64,000 nt of DNA from Blastocatellia bacterium (GCA_049273855.1 JBASRN010000022.1:10907-74906), one strand, 5' to 3'. Positions 26,852-36,352 are shown, numbered from the stretch's first letter. Numbers and translations are program-made. The notes: generated from the letters alone by a model not told the origin.

Positions 26852-28948
26852 ATGCTCGCGCCAGCGCACTATGCATCAACACCGCGCGCGATGAATTCGA
26901 ACAATGTTAGAATCGTCGAGCACCGCAACCAGGGTGAGATAGTGACCACGCAATCTTTTCTGTCAGCGCTTGTTTGCATAGCCATCGCGTCTGGTTCGAC
27001 TACGTCTCGGACCTCTCAGTCGCGACAGCAGGAGCAACCTTCCCAGAACAACGTTCGCAGGAACCCGCGAGCCACAACCACGGCGAGGGCAAGCGCTGAC
27101 TCGATCAAGACAATCCGTTCGCTTGACCGCATCGAATCGCAAGCTGATTTCGACCGGTTAGCGCGAGTCTACTATCGAGGGCGGTTCTACGCCTTGCCGC
27201 ACATGATGTTCGTGATCGATCGGCGAGCTGGCGATCGCGTCTACTACGTCAACTCGAACGCGTACAAGTTTCACAAGGATTTCGTCAACGCAACCTACCT
27301 GTCGCTCGAGCGCGGGCGTGCCTTCTACGAAAACAACTATCTGAAGGCGGATAGACGCTTCATTCTTGGGACAATTGCGTTTCAAACGGCGTCCGGCAAG
27401 TTCACGTTCGAATTCTGGGAAGGCGACCGCCTAACCGGTGAATTGCTCGCCGAGGGCCACGCGTCTTTAACCGGGAGTTTCTTCGCGAAGCTCTCCTTCA
27501 AGCCGAATTCGCTCGCTCAAGAAAAACTCGCCGCGATGGTAAACGCCGACCGCGGAACAACCCCGATCCCGGTGCTTACAGCGCGCGAGCTTGCGGCGGA
27601 CGGGCAGTATCAACCACTCAATCTCGGCGCGGGGATTGGCCAGCTTCGAATACTCGACCGCGTGACTCCGGAGACCGTCATCGATCGCAACCAGATCGTC
27701 ATCTTCAAGGAAGCGCCCGTGCAACTGACGCCTCTTTCGGGGATCATCACCACCGAGACCGCTTCGCCTCTGTCACACGTCAACATGCTCGCGAAGTCGT
27801 GGGGCATTCCGAACGCGCGAATCAGGAACGCCGACGAGCTCTTCAAACAACTCGAAGGCAAGTACGTCCGGCTCGAAGTCGGCGAGAACGACTACAGCCT
27901 TGCACCCGCCGACCCGCGGGAGGTGGAAGACCGGAATCGCCAGTGGATGAAGCGCGGCGATCTGGTCACGCCTCGCGCTGATCTCGACTACGATCGACTG
28001 ACGGATCTCAGCAGTCAACGAGCGCGCCACGCGCTTCGGTTCGGAGCGAAATCTGCGAACCTGGGCGAGTTAATGAACGCGCGGCTGCCCGGGCTTCGGG
28101 TCCCGCCTGGATTCGCGATCCCGTTTCGCAGCTACCAGGAATTCATTCGCCTGAATAGGCTTGAAGAGCGCATCGCATCGACTGTGGAAGAAGACCGGTT
28201 CGTTCACGATCCAAGGTACCGCAGGACGCGGCTCGCCGAGATTCGCCTGTGGATTCAGTCCGGCAAGCATGACGACGCTTTCAAAGAGAAAGTACTCGCA
28301 AAGGTTCATCGCGAATACGCAGGGAAAGGTCTGTTCGCACGAAGCTCAACCAATGCCGAGGACCTTCCGAACTTTAGCGGCGCGGGCTTGTACACGACCG
28401 TGCCCAACCTGCGCGGCGACCAGCAACTGCTTGAAGCGATAAAGACGGTTTGGGCGTCGGTCTGGAACTACGAAGCGTACGAAGCGCGCGAGAGCTTCGG
28501 GATGAACCATTTTGGAGTTTACCCGGCGGTGTTGATTCAGGAGGGAATCGACGCCGACAGCGCCGGGGTCGTGATCACGACTGATCCATTCAACCCTGCC
28601 GATCGCGGGGCGGTTTACATCAATGCCAAGCGCGGACTCGGAATAAAAGTTGTCGAGGGAAAACGGGTTGCCGAGCAAATCATCTATCGCCCTCGCTCGG
28701 GGACCCTTCAGGTGCTGACTCGCTCGGACGAAGACACGATGCTTGCGTTTGATGAACGCGGCGGCATAAGGGAACTCAAGATCGAGCAGCATCGCGCGGT
28801 GCTCACCGATCAGATGGCGAGACGGCTGGCTGGAGCGGCGATTCAGATCAAACGCATATTTGGCGGGCGCGACCAGGACATCGAGTGGGTCTACTCGAAG
28901 GAACGGCTGTTTATTGTTCAGTCGCGTCCTTACGTCGAGGGAAACTAG
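26852..28948 (+). CDS. PEP/pyruvate-binding (PPDK_N, ATP-grasp-like) domain protein with an unknown N-terminal half
   Basis: The C-terminal half has FGAKSANLGEL...VPPGFAIPF...ARSSTNAEDLPNFSGAG...QDIEW, as in PEP synthase domain 1. The N-terminus has a hydrophobic segment, FLSALVCIAIASGS. The start is uncertain (26852, 26891 or 26942). Confidence 0.75.
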   Translation: MLAPAHYASTPRAMNSNNVRIVEHRNQGEIVTTQSFLSALVCIAIASGSTTSRTSQSRQQEQPSQNNVRRNPRATTTARASADSIKTIRSLDRIESQADFDRLARVYYRGRFYALPHMMFVIDRRAGDRVYYVNSNAYKFHKDFVNATYLSLERGRAFYENNYLKADRRFILGTIAFQTASGKFTFEFWEGDRLTGELLAEGHASLTGSFFAKLSFKPNSLAQEKLAAMVNADRGTTPIPVLTARELAADGQYQPLNLGAGIGQLRILDRVTPETVIDRNQIVIFKEAPVQLTPLSGIITTETASPLSHVNMLAKSWGIPNARIRNADELFKQLEGKYVRLEVGENDYSLAPADPREVEDRNRQWMKRGDLVTPRADLDYDRLTDLSSQRARHALRFGAKSANLGELMNARLPGLRVPPGFAIPFRSYQEFIRLNRLEERIASTVEEDRFVHDPRYRRTRLAEIRLWIQSGKHDDAFKEKVLAKVHREYAGKGLFARSSTNAEDLPNFSGAGLYTTVPNLRGDQQLLEAIKTVWASVWNYEAYEARESFGMNHFGVYPAVLIQEGIDADSAGVVITTDPFNPADRGAVYINAKRGLGIKVVEGKRVAEQIIYRPRSGTLQVLTRSDEDTMLAFDERGGIRELKIEQHRAVLTDQMARRLAGAAIQIKRIFGGRDQDIEWVYSKERLFIVQSRPYVEGN

Positions 28949-29151
28949 AAGCAGCACTCGAGGGCATGGAGTTCCGGCTTTAGCCGGGTTGTGCCGGGCG
29001 ACCGCAAAGCCCAACCCGATGATGGAACGTAGCTCGGAGTTACACCGCGACTCTGGCGACTGCCGTGCGGATCGACAGCGGAGCCTCAAAGGTCAACACG
29101 CGACCGCCCGTCCTAATAGTAACTCCTTAGAAGTCCTGGGCGATGGTGGCT

Positions 29152-29541
29152 TCAAACTACCTTTGGAACCTCTTGTTCGGTTCGGATGACCACAAGCTCC
29201 TGAATGACCGAGGTCGCGATCCGTTCGGCCCCCTTTGTCGAATACAGATAGAACAAGACTCTTGCGCCCGTCTTGAGGTCATAAGAAGTTTCACGCTTCG
29301 CATTCGACTCCTGGGCGAACGACTCGATCAAAACTGCATCGAGAGTATTGTTGCCGAGCGCTCCACCGGTCAGCACACCTCGCCTTTTGGCGGGATCGGT
29401 TATCAGGAATCTATAAGAGCTATTCCTGGTCCGGATCACGACCTTGTCTTTCGGGTTTAAGTCGTCGAAATCGATGCTCATCTGAGATTGTCCGGGAAAG
29501 TGAGTCCACTCTCCGCTGTCAAGAACAACGTGACCGTCCAT
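29152..29541 (-). CDS. Hypothetical protein
   Basis: ATG 29541 is preceded by GGAGGGAG. The ORF codes 129 aa with no recognisable domain. Confidence 0.45.
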   Translation of the reverse strand: MDGHVVLDSGEWTHFPGQSQMSIDFDDLNPKDKVVIRTRNSSYRFLITDPAKRRGVLTGGALGNNTLDAVLIESFAQESNAKRETSYDLKTGARVLFYLYSTKGAERIATSVIQELVVIRTEQEVPKVV

Positions 29542-29898
29542 AACGTCTCCCTCCAATAAAGTGAAGCCACTTGTTTCGTTGGGCTCCCTAATCGAACGAG
29601 CGCATTAGATCATATTGGTGACGGCAGCACATCGGCGCGCGCTCCCAATTTTAGCGGCAGCGGGAGACCAATTATCACGATACAAGTCGTGAGGTTTGCG
29701 CCATCCAGGATGGCATAATTGTGCCGAAGTGTTATTGGAGAGAATTTGGTGATTGGGGCTGCAAATCCAGCATCAAAAGCTCATCCGGTTCAGATGTTTG
29801 ATCAGGGCCGATGTGGAAACGGGCGGTGACGGGACAAGCGAAACTCGCCGCCGCACCACCCGCATCCCGAGGTCGGAACGTCCTTAAATGTAACGTTG

Positions 29899-30987
29899 TC
29901 AATTCCTGGGCCGCGCGGTCTTAACGAGCATTTCCGTGCCGTTGTCGAGGATCAAGTCCTTGTTGCCTTCGATAGCGACTGTTCCGACGCCGGCCGCGCC
30001 TCCGATGATTGCGCCTAGCACTGCGCCCTTTCCTCCGCCGGCGATCCCGCCAAGGATCGCACCAGCCGCCGCTCCGACTCCCCCGCGGACCTGCGAGTCC
30101 TTAGTCCGGCTGCTTGTTTCGACGTTTCCTTCTTCGTCAACCTTCTTGACGTGTTCGGATTCGTACACCCTCTGCAGGTCTGCCGCGAAGGGCAACTGGC
30201 GCCCGCTGGGCAGGGTGATTGTGTCAAACTCGAAAGACAGCTCGGTCTTTCCGCTGATGCGGCCGGAGCGGTTGAGCTTCGAGATGTGGCCGACGACCGT
30301 TGCTCCCTCAAACTCCGAGGGCTCGACGACTACGGCATTGAAGGAGTCGCCCACGCGGTTAGTTTTTGTGTCGATCTTCGAGGTCAGGCGCAGCTTCATG
30401 TCGAGGTCGCCGGGCACGTTAACCGGAGCACGATCTCTGTCACGTTGTCTGCCTCGTTCTCCACGGGGCCGATTATCGCGCGAGGCGTCCCTCGCCTCTT
30501 GCTCGTCGCGCGCTCGCTGCGCGTCCGCTTGTTCCTGCGCTCGTTGTGCATCCGCTTGTGCGCGCGCTCGTTGGGCATCGGCAAGCGCAGCGGCCTTCGC
30601 AAGAACAGCCGCGTTTGCGGGAACTACGACATTACGCGCTCGCCCGTAATACGCATCGGCGTATCCCAGCTCGAACCCGAGGTCGTAACCCTGGCTGTAC
30701 TCCTCGGATGTTGCGAACTGCGGCGCGAACGATTGATCTCTGCGCTGATACGCATCTGAGCGCTGGAAATCACGCGGGACTCCCTTGCTCCAATCCGTCT
30801 GCCCCTGCTTGAACCCGTCACCGTAGCCTTTCTGGTAGCCCTGCCCGTAAACCGTCTGCGGTTGAGCTTTCTTGACTTGCGCTCGAGACGTCTTCTTCTG
30901 TGCGAACGCCTCCACCGGAGCCGCCGAAACGAGTACGCTCGACAGCAGCGCCACTGTTGCGCAGAATAGTCCAAATGTCTTTCTCAT
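29899..30987 (-). CDS. Secreted repeat protein with a C-terminal glycine-zipper
   Basis: Signal peptide FCATVALLSSVLVSAAPVEA, YGxGYxxGY-type repeats, a charged QADAQRA repeat block, and GGVGAAAGAILGGIAGGGKGAVLGAIIGGAAG. Confidence 0.7.
   Translation of the reverse strand: MRKTFGLFCATVALLSSVLVSAAPVEAFAQKKTSRAQVKKAQPQTVYGQGYQKGYGDGFKQGQTDWSKGVPRDFQRSDAYQRRDQSFAPQFATSEEYSQGYDLGFELGYADAYYGRARNVVVPANAAVLAKAAALADAQRARAQADAQRAQEQADAQRARDEQEARDASRDNRPRGERGRQRDRDRAPVNVPGDLDMKLRLTSKIDTKTNRVGDSFNAVVVEPSEFEGATVVGHISKLNRSGRISGKTELSFEFDTITLPSGRQLPFAADLQRVYESEHVKKVDEEGNVETSSRTKDSQVRGGVGAAAGAILGGIAGGGKGAVLGAIIGGAAGVGTVAIEGNKDLILDNGTEMLVKTARPRN
30511..30591. repeat. Three tandem 27-nt repeats inside the CDS
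   Basis: The units start at 30511, 30538 and 30565 (cgctcgYtgNgcRtccgcttgt...). They encode QADAQRAxx three times on the minus strand. Confidence 0.85.
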
Positions 30988-31291
30988 GGTGATTGCCTTC
31001 CTTATGATCCCACTTGTGCCGAAATAGTGTTGAGCTTGATGCCGTTTTCGTTGGCCACTCTTGGCTCGGGCGTCATCAACTTGTTTGCCGCTGGTAAGAG
31101 CCGAACATCGAAGTAATCAAACTTAAAGGTAGCGCTAAAGGGGTGACAGCGTCAACGAGCCCGATCGAAGGATTGCAGCGTATATCGAGCGCACAAATCG
31201 CGCACGTTCAGCTATGCACCGCATGACTGACTGGCGGCGAGCTGTGTATAAACACCGACCCGTCGTTACTACGTTTATGGTTGTGCGCTGA

Positions 31292-31552
31292 TCACGCAGC
31301 CGATCTGCTGCGGATCATCCGCCACAGCCACAGCAACAAGATCGCTCCCAAGATCGAAAGGAGTATGCCGCCAGGCCGGAAGCCGCCGGTTTCGCTCCGC
31401 CAGATCAGGGTGGCTACGAAACCGCCCACGAACGAGCCGGCGATCCCAAGAATGATGGTCATCAAAATGCCCATCGGGTCCTTGCCCGGCATGATCAACC
31501 GCGCAAGCGCGCCTGCGATCAGCCCAACGATCACCATTCCGATAATGTGCAT
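31292..31552 (-). CDS. GlsB/YeaQ/YmgE family stress-response membrane protein
   Basis: MHIIGMVIVGLIAGALARLIMPGKDPMGILMTIILGIAGSFVGGF is typical of this family. Confidence 0.85.
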   Translation of the reverse strand: MHIIGMVIVGLIAGALARLIMPGKDPMGILMTIILGIAGSFVGGFVATLIWRSETGGFRPGGILLSILGAILLLWLWRMIRSRSAA

Positions 31553-31575
31553 ACAAAAGGTCTCCTTTGAAAGAG

Positions 31576-31672
31576 GTCCGTAGCCAGTAGCCCGTAGTTG
31601 GCAAGCTGGCTTAATCGCCTGCGTTCGAACTACTGACTACCGACCGCCTACTGACTACTGGATACTGACTGT
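31576..31672. repeat. GTAGYC/GACTACK hairpin element, copy 1
   Basis: The left arm is gtccgtagccagtagcccgtagtt. The loop ends in cctgcgttcgaa. The right arm is ctactgactaccgaccgcctactgactactggatactgact. Confidence 0.75.
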
Positions 31673-31761
31673 GGAGTGCGCTTCACGGCATGGTATACAC
31701 GGACGCTTACAGCTTGAAAACGAGCGGTTTCAAAGCACTCGTCGGTGTTGAAGCGCACTCC
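31673..31761. other. Stem-loop with a perfect 13-bp stem inside a 226-nt non-coding island
   Basis: ggagtgcgcttca (31673-31685) pairs with tgaagcgcactcc (31749-31761). The loop contains a further gcttgaaa/tttcaaagc pairing. Confidence 0.6.
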
Positions 31762-31897
31762 ATTACGCTGCGAATTAAACCACGGTTCGCTCCGCCGCAC
31801 ATCGTCGAACGCGCCCTTTCTTTCAGGCAGTCCGCGCCCAATTGTCTTGCGTGCGGCATAGGAGTTTGCGGCTATCGAGCGAGGCATCATTGTGCCT

Positions 31898-31978
31898 GAG
31901 TAGTCGGTAGTCAGTGGTTCGCGAGCCGGCTGAGTCTCCTGCGTTCAAACTACGGACTACGGACTCATGACTACTCAG
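31898..31978. repeat. GTAGYC/GACTACK hairpin element, copy 2
   Basis: gagtagtcggtagtcagtgg - loop ending cctgcgttcaaa - ctacggactacggactcatgactactcag. The 23-nt segment 31938-31960 is 21/23 identical to 31618-31640. Confidence 0.75.
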
Positions 31979-31979
31979 A

Positions 31980-32657
31980 TTAACGCGGCGGGCTCGCAAG
32001 CCCATGCCGCATCGCATAGAGCAACAGCTCAACCCGGTCCGAGACCTCGAGCTTGTCGAAGATCGAAGTCAGGTGATGCCGCACTGTCGTCTCGCTTATG
32101 AACAACCGCTCGGCGACTTCTTTGTTCTTGATCCCCTGCCCGATCAGCGCGACGACTTCGCGTTCACGATTGGTGAGCGTGGCGATCTTGTCTGCTTCCC
32201 GGTCACCCTTCTTCGATCTGCCCGACACCTCGTTTAGAACACCCGCCATAATCGAGGGGTCAAGCCACGCTTCACCTGCGTGGATCCTCTCGATGGCTTT
32301 GATCAACACCTCAGCCGCATTCTCTTTCGAGACCACTCCCATCGCGCCGAGCATCACCGCTTTGCGGTGTACTTCCGGGTCGCGAAGGCCGGTCAGTATG
32401 ATAACGCGAGCTTCAGCAGCAACGGCAAGCAGTTGAGAAATGATGGCAACACCGCTCTCGTCGCCAAGGTCCAAGTCAAGCAGGATAATGTCCGGCCGCT
32501 CGCGAGCCGCAAGGGCCAGCGCTTCGTCGCGGTTCGCGGCCTCACCGACGATAGTCAATCCAGGCGAGCCTTGAATGATCAGCCGCAGCCCGGTGCGGAC
32601 GACACTGTGGTCGTCGACGACTAGAACCCGGATGGACCTGGAGATCGCTGAAGGCAT
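31980..32657 (-). CDS. NarL/FixJ (LuxR-type) response regulator
   Basis: Receiver domain (VLVVDDHSVV, DIILLDLDLGDESG) plus a LuxR helix-turn-helix (LTNREREVVALIGQGIKNKEVAERLFISETTVRHH). Confidence 0.9.
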   Translation of the reverse strand: MPSAISRSIRVLVVDDHSVVRTGLRLIIQGSPGLTIVGEAANRDEALALAARERPDIILLDLDLGDESGVAIISQLLAVAAEARVIILTGLRDPEVHRKAVMLGAMGVVSKENAAEVLIKAIERIHAGEAWLDPSIMAGVLNEVSGRSKKGDREADKIATLTNREREVVALIGQGIKNKEVAERLFISETTVRHHLTSIFDKLEVSDRVELLLYAMRHGLASPPR

Positions 32658-32775
32658 ATCGGATGATGCTCAGAGAGTGACGAACGAGCGTCGGGGGTGA
32701 TTCTACTTCAGCAGTCTGAGATGAGCAATCATACCAGGTAGCGTTCCTTGACACTCAGAAATTGCGGCCCGTAGT

Positions 32776-35508
32776 ATGGCCGCGATGCCTCCCTCAAAAC
32801 GCAAGCGGCTATTCCTGGTCGATGGGATGTCGCAAGTCTACCGGGCGTTTTACGCGCTACCCAGTCTTTCGAATTCAAAAGGGTTTCCGACAAATGCGAT
32901 CTACGGCTTCACGATGATGCTCCGGCGGCTGATCAACGAATACAAGCCGGACTATCTGGGCGTCGCATTAGATTCTTCAGGACCGACGTTCCGTCACGAG
33001 TCCTACCAGGCTTACAAGGCAACGCGCCAGACGATGCCCGATGATCTTTCTCCGCAGCTTCCCTACATCACTCGGGTGTGCGAAGCGTTGCGAATCCCGA
33101 CTACGATCGAGCCTCGCTTCGAAGCCGATGACATAATCGGCACGCTTGCGCGTCAGGCTGAGGAAGCGGGTGTCGACGTCGTGATCGTGACCAACGACAA
33201 GGATATGTCGCAACTCGTGACCGATCACGTGACGATACTGCGCACCGAACGGACCGGCGAGATGAAGACGTTGGATGCGGCGGGCGTCGAATCGAAATTC
33301 GGCGTGCGCCCCGATCAGATAGTCGATCTGCTGGGCCTGTGGGGCGACACCTCGGACAACATTCCCGGCGCGCCGGGCGTGGGAGAAAAAGGCGCAAAGC
33401 AGATCATTCAGCAGTACGGGACGATCGAGAAGGCAATCGCTCACGCTGACGAGATATCGCGGAAGACTTATCGCGAAAGCTTGAAAAACAACGCAGAACT
33501 GATTCGGCAATCGCGCGAGCTTGTGACGATTGCTTGCGATATGCCGATCAAGCTCGATCTCGACAAGTTGATCTACGAGCAGCCGGATCGCCGCGCGGCT
33601 TACGAGTTGTTTTCCGAGCTTGAGTTTGCACAGATGGCTCGCGAGTTCGCGGACGCCGCCGTAGCGCGGGACCCGGGTGTGAGTTCGCCGGCTGAATCGG
33701 CGCCGGTCAATTACTCGCGGATAACGACCAGCGCCGAGCTCGGCCGCTTCGTGGAATCGGTGTGGGCTTCCGACCGGGTGGCACTAGCGGTAGCCGAACG
33801 CGCCGGGACGCTTTACGGCGTTGCGCTCTCGACCGGCGCCGGCCAGGCCGCGCTCATAGACTTTGAGCGGTTCGAGTCGAAAGGCGACCCGCTCAAATCC
33901 GTAAAAGAAATCTTTGAGAATGGGTTGGTTCAGAAGTGCGTGCACGACTGGAAAGGCGTGCTAACCGCGTTCGATCGCTATAACTGCAAAGCCGACACCA
34001 CGCCGTTGTTCCGAACCAACCAGGCGTCCGTTGACGGTTGCATTCAGGACTTCACTCCGGCCGTTCGCATCGAAGGCGTCCATGACGACACGTTGCTGGC
34101 TGCTTACCTGCTCGACCCGAACCGAATGAACTACCGGATGAAGGATGCCGCGCGAGAACATCTAGGGGTCGAGATGGCCGACGGGATCGACGGCTTCAGC
34201 GACGACGACGCGCGGGCGCTTCAGACAGCCGACCTTACGCTCCGAATCGCGAAGGCGTTGCGTGCGAAGATAAAGGAAGCCGGGCTCGACCGAGTCTATC
34301 GCGAGATAGAGCTGCCGCTGGTCGAGATCCTCTTCGAGATGGAGCGCATCGGCGTGCGCATCGACACGGCCGCCCTCGACAAAGCCGGCCGCGAGATGGA
34401 ACACGAGCTTGAACGGCTTACCGCCGAGATCTACAAGCTGGCGGGCGAAGAGTTCAACATCAACTCCCCGGCGCAGCTCGGCGACATCTTCGAGAGGCTC
34501 AACTTCGAAGTCGGCCGCAAGACCAAGACCGGTCGCATCTCGACCTCATTCGACGTGCTTGAAGAACTCGCGACGAAATACGAGCTGCCGAAATTGATCA
34601 TCGAGTATCGGGAGCTTGCCAAGTTGAAGAACACTTACGTCGATGCGCTCCCGAAGATCATAGACCCGCGCACGGGACGCGTTCACACGACTTTGAATCA
34701 AGCCGTTTCGGCGACGGGCAGATTGTCGTCAACGAACCCCAACCTTCAAAATATCCCGATTCGATCCGAGATGGGACGTCGCATTCGAGCCGCCTTCGTG
34801 GCCTCGCCGGGTTACGCGCTGCTGTCGGCCGACTATTCGCAAATCGAGCTGCGCGTGTTCGCTCACATCACCGGCGACCCGGCGATGACCGACGCGTTCA
34901 AACACGGCGAGGACATTCACGCTCGAACCGCGCGCGACGTTTTTGGAGCAAAGACAAAGAAAGAAGAGGCCGAATACCGGCGAGTCGCAAAGATCGTCAA
35001 CTTTGCGATCCCTTACGTGATCGGCCCGTTCGGGCTTGCACAACGCACGGGGCTGAGTCGCGCGGAAGCTAAGAAGACGATTGAAGACTACTATAAGACT
35101 TACACCGGTGTGCGCCGCTACATGGAGGAAACTCCCGCCGAGGTTCGCAAGACCGGAGTGGTGCGAACCATATTCGGTCGGATGCGTCCGATTCCCGACA
35201 TCAACAATCGCAATCACAACCTTCGCGCGCGAGCCGAGCGCGAGGCGATCAACGCGCCGATTCAAGGCACTGCGGCCGACCTGGTGAAGATCGCGATGAT
35301 CAAGGTGCACGAGCGCTTGCGACGGGAGAAGCTCGGCGCGCGCATGATCCTTCAAGTGCACGACGAGTTGCTGCTTGAGGTGCCAGAGAAGGAAATCGAG
35401 CGCACGAAGGAAGTGGTCAGAGCAGAAATGGAATCGGTCTACGAGTTGGCGGTGCCGCTGGTTGTCGATGTGGGTATTGGAAAGAACTGGATGGAAGCCG
35501 AGCCTTAG
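32776..35508 (+). CDS. polA: DNA polymerase I
   Basis: 5' nuclease domain (LFLVDGMSQVYRAFYA, GDTSDNIPGAPGVGEKGA). Pol motif A is DYSQIELRV and motif C is QVHDELLLE. Motif B is atypical (see findings). Confidence 0.95.
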   Translation: MAAMPPSKRKRLFLVDGMSQVYRAFYALPSLSNSKGFPTNAIYGFTMMLRRLINEYKPDYLGVALDSSGPTFRHESYQAYKATRQTMPDDLSPQLPYITRVCEALRIPTTIEPRFEADDIIGTLARQAEEAGVDVVIVTNDKDMSQLVTDHVTILRTERTGEMKTLDAAGVESKFGVRPDQIVDLLGLWGDTSDNIPGAPGVGEKGAKQIIQQYGTIEKAIAHADEISRKTYRESLKNNAELIRQSRELVTIACDMPIKLDLDKLIYEQPDRRAAYELFSELEFAQMAREFADAAVARDPGVSSPAESAPVNYSRITTSAELGRFVESVWASDRVALAVAERAGTLYGVALSTGAGQAALIDFERFESKGDPLKSVKEIFENGLVQKCVHDWKGVLTAFDRYNCKADTTPLFRTNQASVDGCIQDFTPAVRIEGVHDDTLLAAYLLDPNRMNYRMKDAAREHLGVEMADGIDGFSDDDARALQTADLTLRIAKALRAKIKEAGLDRVYREIELPLVEILFEMERIGVRIDTAALDKAGREMEHELERLTAEIYKLAGEEFNINSPAQLGDIFERLNFEVGRKTKTGRISTSFDVLEELATKYELPKLIIEYRELAKLKNTYVDALPKIIDPRTGRVHTTLNQAVSATGRLSSTNPNLQNIPIRSEMGRRIRAAFVASPGYALLSADYSQIELRVFAHITGDPAMTDAFKHGEDIHARTARDVFGAKTKKEEAEYRRVAKIVNFAIPYVIGPFGLAQRTGLSRAEAKKTIEDYYKTYTGVRRYMEETPAEVRKTGVVRTIFGRMRPIPDINNRNHNLRARAEREAINAPIQGTAADLVKIAMIKVHERLRREKLGARMILQVHDELLLEVPEKEIERTKEVVRAEMESVYELAVPLVVDVGIGKNWMEAEP

Positions 35509-35860
35509 GGCCTCATTCATCTCGAGGGTCAACTCGGTGCGCTACCTTGTCCGGTTTGCCTTGCACCGTAAGCTCGTCTATTTGATCCGGCGACGTAAAC
35601 TCCCGCTTGCTCCACTATCAACTCAAACTCAGCATAGGACTTCCCACGCCTGGCCGTCCGAGCGCAGCCAGGCCCAGGACCCACATAGATAGCCGAAAGC
35701 CCCGCAGCGTCGCCGATGGTGCCTGCAAAGCGCTTCACCTGGAGCGCCGATCCTGCGCGTGCCTCCGCGCCTGATCGACCATCCCTTTGCTTTTGCGATC
35801 CAAACTCTTGGAACGTCGGTTGCCCTCCCAGGGGCGCTCAATTCCCAAAGGAGGTCACCT

Positions 35861-36352
35861 ATGCGCGTCAAACCTTTGTTGGTTTTCTTCCTTGCAGCAA
35901 CTCTTCTCTCGAATTCCCCATCGCTGTCAGCTCGACAAAAGAACGGAGACTCGACCTGGTCCGCAGTGCAAGCACTTCAGCCAGGAACCACGGTCACCGT
36001 CAAGGACAAGGCTCGAAAGTCCACCAGGGGCCGGCTGGTCACAGTTACCGACCTGGCGTTGACTCTGATCGACAAGAAAGGAACCGTTGCGGTCGATCGC
36101 CAGAGTATCGCGAAGGTAGTTATTGACAACGGCAGATCGGTTGGACGATCTACCTTGATCGGAGCGGGGATCGGTGCGGGCGCCGGGGCCAGCGTCGGCG
36201 CCGTGATCATCGCTGCGTTCGGAGGGGGCGAGGACGAGACCGGACCTGCAGTAATGGCCGTGTCGACCGCGCTGGGAGCGGTCGCTGGCACCGCTGCAGG
36301 AGCACTTGGTGGTTTGTTCCGTCATAGAGAGGTTGTATACGAATCTAAGTGA
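35861..36352 (+). CDS. Small secreted protein with a C-terminal glycine-zipper
   Basis: AAAGGAGG RBS, signal peptide MRVKPLLVFFLAATLLSNSPSLSA, and GAGIGAGAGASVGAVIIAAFGG. The architecture resembles 56256-56642. Confidence 0.65.
   Translation: MRVKPLLVFFLAATLLSNSPSLSARQKNGDSTWSAVQALQPGTTVTVKDKARKSTRGRLVTVTDLALTLIDKKGTVAVDRQSIAKVVIDNGRSVGRSTLIGAGIGAGAGASVGAVIIAAFGGGEDETGPAVMAVSTALGAVAGTAAGALGGLFRHREVVYESK

Noticed and set aside
28969-29060. A short hairpin ccggc-ttta-gccgg plus a repeated ggagtt word after the PEP-binding protein gene, possibly another dispersed element or a terminator.
   Set aside because: It is a single small 5-bp stem with no U-tract and no second copy in the window. That is not enough to call.
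31771-31783. A 13-nt match (gtggtttaattcg on the minus strand) to the conserved 16S rRNA segment around E. coli position 950.
   Set aside because: The similarity stops immediately on both sides. No other rRNA signatures are present, so it is treated as coincidence.
35509-35860. The 350-nt spacer after polA contains ORFs (35529-35738 minus, 35629-35871 minus, 35716-36126 plus). It could be a decayed small gene such as a toxin-antitoxin remnant.
   Set aside because: I could not find an RBS, a recognisable motif or a consistent frame. The plus-strand ORFs merely run into the real gene, which starts at 35861 with a strong RBS and a signal peptide.
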